From the NCBI GenBank assembly GCA_051362555.1, contig CM120646.1, positions 23,312,001 to 23,376,000 on the forward strand: a stretch of 64,000 nucleotides of DNA. The letters are read 5' to 3'. Shown in pieces: positions 52,981 to 64,000 of the stretch. The translations under genes were made by a program, and so were the position numbers. This DNA comes from Lingula anatina (taxonomy: Eukaryota; Animalia; Brachiopoda). The notes beneath the pieces are model-generated. The model had not been told where the DNA came from and made no database searches. It worked only from the letters and a program-made list of their open reading frames with translations. How positions within the stretch are numbered: position 1 is the first letter of the stretch; the number at the start of each line of letters is the position of its first letter.

Positions 52981-55953
52981 TCACTGACATCTGTACTTGC
53001 ACTTATTGCTGGACGAGGTACCCTCTATGACCCAGCACGTGCTCCTGTTATCTCCATAGCGACCTATGTGGATGTGCTGGCCTCCAGTACAGGTGCGAGT
53101 ACCGTGCCAGATCACCTGGTAGTCCCTGGCCAGGATGCCGCTTGATTTCAGCCTGTTCCAGATCGCCCGCCCAGAACTCTCTCCGTCGATCCAGAAGTCA
53201 GCAGCTCGTCTAACATAATGCTGGAGCACGAAATAATAAAATAGTGATACAGATAATAATAGCTTATATCTTTAGAATGAAATTAGTTTCAGATGTTCGT
53301 TTTGCATATTTTTTGTACAAATAATCCATCATTTACAGAGAATTCAATAAATAAGATCACTTTGTGGCAGTTATTCCATGGAAAAAGAAAATTGGAACAA
53401 AATGTTTGCCCTTTTCAGCAAAAGGAAAAAAATGTCAATTTCTCTCAATATAACTTTTAAATTAAATTGATTTTTGAGATCAAATATCTACAGTGTTCAT
53501 TTACTCGTAAAATGCCAAATGGAAGTGTTGTAGCTTACATGTGACTTGGTGTTGGATTGGTTTGGTCGGTCGCCACTGAATAAATAGACTCGCTTGCCAT
53601 ACAAGTTGGCTATTTCCTGAAGCTTGCTTCTTACATCAGCATCAGACACAGTGTAACCTCTGTAGTCAACAGTCCCTCTACCACTTCCTGTCAAACAGAC
53701 AATTATAACAATCAACAAACAGTCACTATTGCAGAAGTTAAACAACTGTTTTTTTTTTTTTTTTTTTTTTAAAGAAGCACTTTTTGTTTCTTTAGCGCAT
53801 TTTATTTGTAGGTTAATATATAAACTTATATATTTAATATATAAACTTTTACTACATACATGTACTTCTCATTTATGGATAAAAACTAGATGTGAAACGG
53901 CGTAAACAGCCAACAAACACAGTAACGGCTAATAATATTGGTATTATACTTGTATCTCTTTAAATTACGAAACAGAATTAACCATGTTTTTATTAAACAA
54001 TACATTTTAGATGTGAAAAAGAAATGGCACAATCAACCGTTACAGGTAAGAATACATTATTTCTGATTTAAAGAAAATTTATCGTCCTATATATATCACT
54101 GGGCATCGTATATTTTTGAGCATAATGGCGATTATATATCCTACAGCTGTAGATGGTTCAGTAGGTTAATTTACAGATAATCCAATAAATTACACCTATC
54201 TATTAATCAATTATTAATTTTAATGATGCATTACTTATTATGACAGCCAGATCCGTGTTCTGATTTACTGTTAATGGCAAACCAACTGTATAGGTAATTT
54301 AGAGATAATAGTCTGTTGGAAGTGGAAATACAGAATAACAAGATGGAATAACAAGATAGAATGATATTATCCTCACAATGAAAACAGGCCAACCTCCACA
54401 GAATAGAGTAAAAGCACATTAACATACCTACCCCTTTTATGAATTACCAAGGCCGAACAAGGCAAAATTTTATGTTTTGCCTATTAAAGCAATTTTCATT
54501 AATCAGCATGGTGGAGATGTTTATAGCATTAGATAAGTGCATGTTGACGTGAACGATAATAATATCTTTTACTCTGTAGGTTTGAATATGAGTAGTTTTA
54601 ATTCCACCGCACGCACATCGTGTCTGAACTCCCACATCTTAACATAGGAATAATTTACCAACATTTCCTTTCTTGATTTATTTACGACCAACGCATGGTC
54701 GGGTGTAGGTGTTGCTGCAATTTACCTGTAGATGATGAGGATGAAGGCAGACAACAGCGTCTGGCGGATGGTCCAGCACACAGCCCGGACCTATAAGAAC
54801 CACTGCATGAGTTGGAGTCGTACTTACAGGTGCCCCCCTGTCTGGTGCAGCGTCTGTCACCTGGAAAGTAAAACAAGAAGAGTGATCGAAAATAATTCAA
54901 ACAAGCAAAGCTCACTTATAATAAAAATAGGAAGAAGATATGAACTGATAAACAGATATAGATTAAAATTAAGAAACAAGTACAACAATTAGAATCAAAT
55001 ACAGATGAAAGTAGTAATACTAAAATGAAGATGTCTTCAATTCACCTTTATAGCAAAACGTAAAAAAAAGCACGTTTTGTTATTATATTTGTACAACGTA
55101 CCAGATCCGGGTAGACAACATCTCCTGTTGGCACCGCCGAAGCACTTTCCACTGACGTATCTACCACTACAGAATAGGTCATCATTCTGACATGTGGCAC
55201 CGCGTCTGTAACTATGGCATCTGCTGTCTGCGTGAGAAAGTAAGGTAAGACTGACCATTAAAGGCAGCGTCTCGGTTTCCACAATCAAACTCTCGTTGGT
55301 TGTTACCGATTACCAAAATATCCTTCTCTAAACCTTGCTTCTAACTAAATGTCACCTAATCTTTAAGAATTCTGAATGCCAGAATATAAACATTAAACCC
55401 CACGGTTGAAAAAAATATCATCTCACGAATGTTTTGCGTTTCTGATTTAGCAGGACATAATGTAGAATCTACACACTGTGACCTAACTTCAGGATGTCCT
55501 GTTGAAAGGTGACTGATATGACACATTTGGTACTTACACGACTGAATAACAAACCTGTATTAAAATGATAATATTTTTCATGCCCTGGGGTTCTATCGAA
55601 GCCCTTTGTGTTTCCTGAGCGCATTTTATTTGTAGTTTAATATTCTAAGGTTAAGAAAATTAAATCAGAAAATATCTGCACACACGTTTATAATACTTTT
55701 GAGAGAACGCAATTGATCGAAAAGTAAAACTTCTGGTTCATAAAGCTTCATCTGTTTTCTTTATTCTGACGGTAATTGCATGGATGAAACATACTCTTAC
55801 TTTATTACTAAAACTTACATGCACGACAACTTGATAACCAATAATTAATGAGTTTGAAAAAGAACTGAAATAAATATCACAGCCAAAGTCTCTTCACTAA
55901 CCTGCCAAAACAGCGGATGCGTAGAGCGAAACAATCGCCAGAACAAACAGCAT
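52981..55953 (-). CDS. Convergent paralog DM2: signal + two Cys modules + M15-type peptidase (233 aa)
   Basis: Exons 55953-55902, 55227-55102, 54860-54726, 53687-53539, 53220-52981; same phases as DM1; 702 nt open. FSGDR, SHHYVRRAAD, QHIHI. Poly(A) signal at 52858-52853. Confidence 0.9.
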
Positions 55954-56186
55954 GGTGAATGAAGTCATATTTCTACCGCCTAATGCAAGGTGTAGAGTGA
56001 CGCCGTGATGGCACACCGCAGACTTTAAATGCACGACACCCAGCAGGTTTTTTGGCAATTACGTCAAAAGCTGCTGACTCATTTATTGTTTTCTTCCTTG
56101 AGACCACAATATCCTGTTGCTCAGGTCTTGGACCTAATACCTAATAACAGATTTTGTCCATGCTCAGCTTGTTTCTCCCCCCCCCC

Positions 56187-56231
<45 letters not shown>

Positions 56232-56979
56232 ACTTTTACATGCCAAGGCATACTGTACACATACACGGTGCATGGTATAGAGGCAGAGATTGTAATTTTG
56301 AGAAAAAAAAGCTATCGGATGGACAAAATAATTAAACTGCATATTCAATTAGGCGATGAAAAGCATGTTGTTTATTACAGCATATATATGCTATCCATGA
56401 CCGTCCAATATGTAACAGGATGTCAGAGTAATTAGTAAACAGGACACGGACTGTTACTATTACATAGGCTTTCCATGTAAACAAGTTAAAATGTCAAATG
56501 CGATTAGTCTTGTTTTTATTCTGCAACCTGTTGGCAAAAATGTGTAATGAAGGGTTATAAATGCCTTCTCAATTAGGTTGCTTGAAAAAAGTACGCAATA
56601 CGAGTAGAATAGTGCATTGTCAACTATATTGAGCAAAGATAAATCACTACAAAAAAAAAGTAAGATGTTGGGATTAAATTAGTAAAAGCTACGGTTAAGT
56701 CCCACAGTTGAAGACAATTATCAACTCACTAATGTTTTGACATTGCTATTCAGCAGGATGTAATTTTAAAGAACGTCTTCAGGATATCCTATTGAAAGGT
56801 GACTGATATACCACATTGGGGATTTAAGAAGTTGAATAATAAACCTGTATTAAAATGATAAGATGTTTCATGCCCTGGGATGGCAAAGCTTGCATGTGTG
56901 TAGATAATTTTCTTTGACACACGTAATTTGTTGGTGTATCTGTTATGGTTAAGCAAGATATTTAAGTATCTCCACTAAC

Positions 56980-57640
56980 CTGCTTCGGCAGTGGATGCAC
57001 AGTGCGAAATTTAATCGCTAGTACATGTACAAACAACTTGATGTCCTTAGTTCTGCTTCAACCGCCTAATGCAAGGTGACGTACTGCAGTATGGTCATGT
57101 AATGGAATGGCACAGCGCTTTTTCACCAGTAGCGTCTGATGACGATGTTTTTCCTTGAGACCATAATTCTCCCCCTCTCTCTCTTTCTCTCCTGCACGTA
57201 CGCGCGCACACACAAACACAACACACAGTTAATGGTGAAGAGGGGGAGTGTGTGTGTGTAAGAAAGATGTTTTTGAATAAAAATCAGATGGACAAAAAAA
57301 TTAACCACATGATTTATTAGTCGTTTAAAAACATATTTTTGTTATTTCAGTATATACTGTACACGTGTATAAACAACTGTAACCATCCCACGTCTAACAG
57401 GATGTGAAAACAGGACAAGGAATACATGATTATAACATCTGCTTTCCACTTAAAACGTTATGAGATAACGACAAGATGCGATTAATGTAAATTGTACTCC
57501 GTTATTACCCATGCACAATGTTTTGCCTGCCACCTGTTACAAAATATGTGTAATGTATCGTAAAAAGGGCCACTTCGTTTAGGTTGTGCATGAAAACTGT
57601 ACACTTAACGTGCCGAATGGTGTATTAGATTGCCAGCAAT
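56980..57640 (-). pseudogene. Dead duplicate of the DM promoter and signal exon
   Basis: CACCTTGCATTAGGCGGT 5'UTR and GCAG|GTTAGT donor (exon end 56980) match DM1/DM2, but ATG is AAG (57039-57037) and the exon has indels. Upstream ~57100-57640 resembles ~56030-56630. No downstream exons of its own. Confidence 0.7.
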
Positions 57641-58857
57641 TTTGTTGTTAGGAAGAGGTTTGTAGCATATCGTAAAAAAGCAATTGTAAAGAAACCAAAT
57701 ATGCGGAGATCGCAAGCGGGAGGGGTCTCCACAGCTTTGGAGATCGCTGCCTCCTACTTGTTCACACATTCTGGAATGTTTGTACTGTGAGAACTGTTAC
57801 ACTTGTCAAAGAACACGTACTGTTGCTGTACACATAAAGCGGCGCTGTACGTTTGAGAAGTAGTGTAAATTTAGGTTTCCTTCTTCAGAATCACGTCTGG
57901 AAAACACTGCACCTGTAAGTGTACGCAGTAGATATACCCAATGTATTTATTACACGGTTGCTTTAACGGCAAATATATCGAACAGTTTTTACAATGGTTC
58001 ATTCATTGATTTCGTCTGTGCATTACATTAAGGAGTTTAACGCAAATGCATAGCCACAGAAAATCAAACACCTATATAAACGGGAAGACAGAGATACGAA
58101 ACCATAAACTGAAGTGTGGAAAAGAGAAAACACATTCAAACTCCAAACGTAAGAAGGCAGCGTATCAAACCACTGCGGAAACCGATACCTACATGATACC
58201 TACACAGCTTCGAGGACGTTTGACGTCCTACACTGTACACATATGCTACCCTTAGTGTCAGGACACAGTAAAGCTAGCTTGTTAAGAGTCTGTTAACTAT
58301 TCATATCGCTTTACTGGCCCTGAGGAACAGCGACAATTTTCGGTATCCGTCAACCAAAATTTTGCCAAACACGCCCGCATTTTGACGGTAGTGGCTAGAG
58401 TCATTTTTGCTGATATGGGTTATATATAAGAAATCAAGATCAAGCTGGGAAAACTGAAATCTAGAACCTAGAGTAACATATACATGTGCGGGACGTTTTT
58501 ACGTTTAATACGTGTGTAAAACTTGATGACGTGTATTTAACTGGCAGATTCATGAAGTCAATGATATGCCCATCTTTCAAATCAAAATTACTGTTCTTGA
58601 CAATTAAAATAACACTTATAACAGACGGATCTCTGATTGAACTTATTATAATATAGAAAACCAGCCCCATCGGTTATTGATATGCCAGGTGAATGTTCAA
58701 ATCCAGAACAATAATGTGGCTAGGTAAAATTATGATATTTTTATAATGAAAACATACTGTGTTTCGATCACGGTAAGATCGCACACTCCACATACTGCTG
58801 CACATACACCGTGTCTTACCTGTCATAACTTTAAGCCAGACTATAGAGGAAGCGTTC

Positions 58858-61800
58858 TTAAGGAAGACAACAGCGTCTTGGACCGGGACCCGCACACAGC
58901 CCAGTAGAATACGAACCATTGCAAGGGGCGGTGTTGTACTTACAGGTGCCACCCTGACCGATGCATGCATTGTCACCTAGTGTAAATAATTAATTAATTA
59001 ATTAATTAATTAATTAATTAATTAACAAACAAACAACGGTGATAATAAACACTTCAACGGAGGTAAAGGAAAAATCAATATTAAAATGAACTCGATTATA
59101 ATAAGGCACATTTGCGGTACTTTCAAAATATTTAAAGGTCATTTCGTTCAGTATCTTTAATACAACATACCAGCTCCCGGAACACAACACCTCCTGTTGG
59201 CAGCCCCAAAACACAAACCACTGACGTAACTTCCGCTACAGAACAGATTGTCCAGTTGACAGGTGGCGCCAGCTTGGTTAGTTATGCATGCGATATCTGC
59301 GTGAAAAAATGGCAGATTATACCAACCGTTGATTTCAGTTTGCAAGAAATAAAGTACTTCAACTCATCTATATTTGATAAATGTCAGTATGTCATATTTA
59401 GAATTTGGTATCGGTCCAGTTTTATATTAATCTCATTTATATTAAGCTTATTTCTTGATAATTCTGATGTACGGGATGTACACCATACAGATAAATGGTG
59501 TAATTCTATAATCATGACATAATATTCAACGCAGTAACAAATATTATGAAACGCTTACAACTTCAGCAGGATATCTGGAGGCCTAAAGGCATATTTTAAC
59601 TTAAAAGATGACTGATACTGTGTAGGGAAGTTGACAAGCAAATACGATATATGTATACAGCCGTAAAAATAAAGTGTCTCCAGCAATGAGGTATTGCGTT
59701 AATATACATTTTGACAATTCCTCGCCAATCACGATATGTGTTGCAGTTCTTTTTTAAGAAATGAACTTATGTTTTAGCACTTTAGAGGAAAACGACAAAA
59801 ATATATGTAAAAACAATATGAAATAGTTTAATGAAATGAATACACGATCATAAAACAATTAATACTTAGCGTCCATTATAAATCGAATTTTGATAAATCT
59901 TCAACTAAAAAATAGTTATGAGTATAATATAAGCTACATATTGCTTTACATACATGTATTATGCGTTTGCACTTATGCCATTGAGATTGGCATCACCATT
60001 TGTCAGATCCAGCAATTAAGCACACCAGGTCGCTTTTGATCTGGTTTTTATCAATGAAGACAAGTTTTATCAGAATATAATCTGGGAGCACCCTGAAATA
60101 TGGTACTAACGACAAGTCATTTGTCAGTATCTTATACCATTTGGGAATGAAACAAAACTACGCCTACACTCATTGAGGTAAAATCGACTCAAATTCTCTC
60201 CGTTTGCCTGCTAGAGCAGCAGACACTGTAAGCTAAGAGCAAAATAATGGCTAAAACAAATAACAAACTTTACCTGGGGAAGGAGAAGGAATGCAACACC
60301 GTCTGGCAGTTGGACCAGCACACAGTCCAGACGTGTAAAAACCACTGCAAGGTTCTGTGTCGAATTTACAGGTGCCTCCCTCACTGGTGCAGGCATCGTC
60401 ACCTAGGGAGTTTGGGTACAATATCGACATTAATAATAATAAGTATAAATGTATAAACACAAAGATTGAGTTAATGGAAATACCAATGTTATTATTTACT
60501 CAGTTGTAACGATAATTGCAATGTACCGTACGATTATTTTATTTAATCATTTATTTTCATATCTTCAATAGAACACACCTGCTCCTGGAACACAGCATCT
60601 CCTGTCTGCAGCCCCAACACAATTTCCATTGAGATAACTTCCGCTACAGAACAAACTGTCAACCTGACAGGTGGACCCAGCTTGGAAATTATTACACGCA
60701 ATATCTGCATGAGAAAAAATGACAGGCTAGCCCAACAAAATAATATCAATCGACTCCTCTGTGTTTTTTCGATAGTCAGTGTGCCATATTTAGAACTGCT
60801 TTGTACACTGCAGCGTTATTCTTGATAATTCTTAATTACGCGATGCATACTAGAATTGGTCTAAATCTATGACACAATATAACATTCAACTAATGCACAT
60901 ATCAACAAAATCTCTGCAGGTCTAAAATCCTGTTGAAGATGACTGATACTGTATTAATAATTTGATAAGTAGATAAAATGCCCACCCTTAGCTAATAAGG
61001 TGTATACCATTAACGTCTAAATTTTCAGATTTTTTTTTAAATGATAATTAATGAGACACGTGCATTTTGAAAAAATAAATAAATAAATAATAACGAATTA
61101 CCTGGGTAAGGGGACGAATTGCAACAGCGTCTGGGAGTTGGACCAGCACACAGCCCTGTCGTGTAAAAACCACTGCAAGGGGCGGAGTCATACTTACAGG
61201 TGCCCTCTTGACTTATACAGGCACTGTCACCTGGGAAGTTTGAGTAGATTATGGAAATTAAAACCAAACATTTGTAAATACATCGAAATATTAAGTAACA
61301 ATAATAATAAACATGATGGTGATGATGATGATAAAAATAATTATTTTTTAAGGAAATAAACTCATGCAGGTAATGAATACACTAATATTTAAAAAACAAT
61401 GTAATTATAACACTAACTGCAATTTACCATACTTTCAAAATATTTAAAAATCGTTTACTACAGTATATTTAATATAACATACCAGCTCCTGGAACGCAAC
61501 AGTCCCTGTTGGCAGCCCCAAAACACAAACCACTGACGTAACTTCCGCTACAGAATAGATTGTCCAGTTGACAGGTGGAGCCAGCTTGGCTACTAGTGCA
61601 CGCGATATCTGCCCGAAATAATAAAATTCAGTCCAACCAATGATATCAGTTTGTAAGTATACAATGAATTGATTTATCAGCTCAGGTAAACTTGCCCGTA
61701 CCGACACTGCTGCCATATGCACTCTGCTTGCTTCCGACTCGCTAATTTAATTTCTTGCTGGCTGCGGCAGCAGTATTTGTATTTTTCAGAAACTATGTTG

Positions 61801-62400
61801 ACTCTTGACTCACTGTACTGTGTAAACTATGTTAAACCATCATGTTTGTCTGATATGGTAAGCGATCAAATTATAATGTGTTATAAATACATAGCGCCTC
61901 TTGCCCAACAGACGTTTCTGGTTCATATAACAACCAAGATAATGGTAAATTTGCTAAGAAATTACCTGGGGAAGGAGAAGGAATGCAACAGCGTCTGGCA
62001 GTTGGACCAGCACACAGTCCAGTCGTGTAAAAACCACTGCAAGGTTCTGTGTCGTACTTACAGGTGCCTCCCTCACTGGTGCAGGCATTATCACCTAGGA
62101 AGTTTGGGTACAATATTCACATTGAAACCAAATTATGTAAATATATCGAAAAATAATAATGGATTTTAAACAAATTTACACAAAGACGGAGAAAATGGAA
62201 ATGTCAATTGCACTTTACTGCATTTTCAGAATATTTAAAAAGTCATTTCCTATAGCATATTTAATATAACCTACCAGCTCCTGGAACGCAACATTTCCTG
62301 TTGGCTGCCCCAAAACACAAACCACTGACGTAACTTCCGCTACAGAACAGATTGTCCAGTTGACAGGTGGAGCCAGCTTGGCTACTAGTGCACGCAAGGT
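58858..62400 (-). CDS. 3' part of a poly-module gene: eight tandem beta-defensin-like Cys modules (A-B)x4
   Basis: Phase-1/1 exons 62400-62275, 62094-61966, 61608-61483, 61230-61102, 60704-60579, 60402-60274, 59296-59171 and last coding exon 58976-58858 (stop TAA after RRCCLP). All have GT-AG sites and six conserved Cys. 5' end not identified. Confidence 0.88.
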
Positions 62401-62784
62401 CTGTGTCTGGGTGAAAAAAAAATGACGGGTGATCATGAGTCCAACCACGGATGTCAGTTCACAAGGTGTAATATTCATCGATTCATCTGTCTATTTTCTA
62501 TTGTCGGTGTGTCATATTTAGAATTTGGTACTGGTCTAATGTTAATGGTCTGATGGTCTAATTCAGTTTTATTATTGATAGTTTTGATGCACACGTCAGA
62601 TGAACATATCCATAGAGAGAGCTTTAAATTTAAATTTATTTTTTTTGCAGTAATAAACCATGTATAAATACCTGTCTCAGATCCCTTATTGCTGAAAATC
62701 GACAAAGAAGAACCTTATTAATCATAGTCATTTCATGGGGTTGGAAAGCTCAAGGTTGGGAGGATAGAACATTTACTGGCTTAC

Positions 62785-63535
62785 CGAAATTGAACGAGAC
62801 TGTTAAAAATAACAGACTTCTCCACAGGTCTCGCTGCAGTAGCTGGGGGAGGACAGCACCTGCGAAACTGATACTTGCCTGCGCTGGAACTGGAGCATAT
62901 ATTTAGATAATGAATGAACTGAATAAACAGAATTAAGAATCAATAAACTTAAACTTAAACGAAACGTATAGTTTCATGTTCAAACGCCACCAATTAATAA
63001 CAATCACTAGATTACACTAAACTAAGACGAATAAATACTTAATGAATTAAATTTATAAGGCTCATTTAATTAAACGGCGTTTAGCACCAGCTTTCAAGCC
63101 TCACCAGTAAATAAAAACTTTAAACACCGTGCCGGTTAACTAAATAGTGTTAACGATTTTAATAACAGGTAGTTTTCATATCACACGGGTAATTATTTTG
63201 TAAAATGTATATTTAAAGCAACGAAAGCATACAGTTTTTTTTTTTTGTTTTTTTTTTTTTTTTTTTTGGAAATGCACTTCCGCTTGCCTTTTTTTTACAT
63301 TTGGAGAACAACACATTTCTCTTACAGGGACATGTCTCATATACGCTTGACAAATTTGAAGTGTTTCCTCAATTAGAGAAAGTGGCATTTTTCTCTAACT
63401 CATACTGCCATATAATATATTGCCAAGTAAAGGCACTTACGGTCGCTAGTTTGATTGCACACGCCTACGCTGGTAGTGCTCCCACCCTCACATGTGTATC
63501 CCCTGGATGTGTCCACTGCTAGTCTGTCGTTGAAG
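62785..63535 (-). CDS. Candidate upstream exons of the poly-module gene
   Basis: 63535-63441 (TGTAG|...|GTAAGT; FNDRLAVDTSRGYTCEGGSTTSVGVCNQTSD; phase 2 to 1) and 62889-62785 (CTCCAG|...|GTAAGC; 105 nt, open in phase 1). Phases are compatible with the module exons, but linkage is unproven. Confidence 0.45.
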
Positions 63536-64000
63536 CTACAGAAAAATGAGACAATCGGCTGGAAAGAAAAAAAAAGGTAACCATAACTTTCAAAATAATG
63601 AACTGCAAAAGTTGTAGGATTAAAGGAGGTATATAATCTCATTGATTCATTTTATAGCATTCCAATTGCATCTTTAAATACACGTACTGTTTCATTTATT
63701 CAATCCCTTGAATCGCATTTCCTTCGTTAATTCATTAATTTCTTTTTTCCCGTTCAAATCCAATTGCGTGATCTTTCCCTCCGTATCTTCAAATAGATCA
63801 TGTGACGCCAATGAAAACGTTATGTTTCCATTTTGTTATTCCCTACTGTTAATTCGAATAGGGCAAATATACTTTTTTTAATCATACAAAATAGGATGAT
63901 TTTATAATCAAATTTGCCGTTGGACACGAATTCGCCGGAAGTGTTTTGTCTCCAGTGGGGTTTGTGGTCACTGATTCATAATTGCCACCAGAATTACAAA

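Noticed and set aside
48800-55953. Bacterial or phage contamination explaining the peptidase
   Set aside because: Four spliceosomal introns per gene, poly(A) signals, and host MITEs and microsatellites inside introns.
58405-58480. Similarity to ~6008-6075 as a link between the two clusters
   Set aside because: A short non-coding match best explained as a dispersed repeat fragment.
62800-62860. Thrombospondin type-1 domain (CSETCG in one frame)
   Set aside because: That frame stops before the donor, lacks the WSxW motif and is out of phase with neighbouring exons.

Overview
AT-rich, intron-containing animal DNA (GT-AG splicing, microsatellites, MITEs, LINE relics; the repeat and gene content look molluscan, but the species cannot be fixed from the sequence). 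It holds two secreted-protein gene clusters that the ORF track shows only in fragments. (1) 1-46.3 kb: an array of nine genes for signal-peptide-bearing SCP/aequorin-fold EF-hand proteins (six intact, three with nonsense lesions), organised by a ~21.7 kb tandem duplication with copy-specific gene losses and copy-specific transposon insertions, including a Ginger1-like element with a nested L1/Tx1 fragment. (2) 48.8-63.5 kb: two convergent five-exon genes encoding signal peptide + two beta-defensin-like six-cysteine modules + a zinc peptidase domain with M15 (DD-peptidase/Hedgehog fold) motifs S-G-x-R, H-x6-D and H-x-H, followed by the 3' part of a gene built from eight such cysteine modules, one per phase-1 exon. 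The defensin-like/M15 fusion family, a candidate intron-containing peptidoglycan-hydrolysing effector of probable bacterial origin, is the most striking system here. Gene models were spliced by hand; family assignments rest on motifs and need HMM or structure confirmation.
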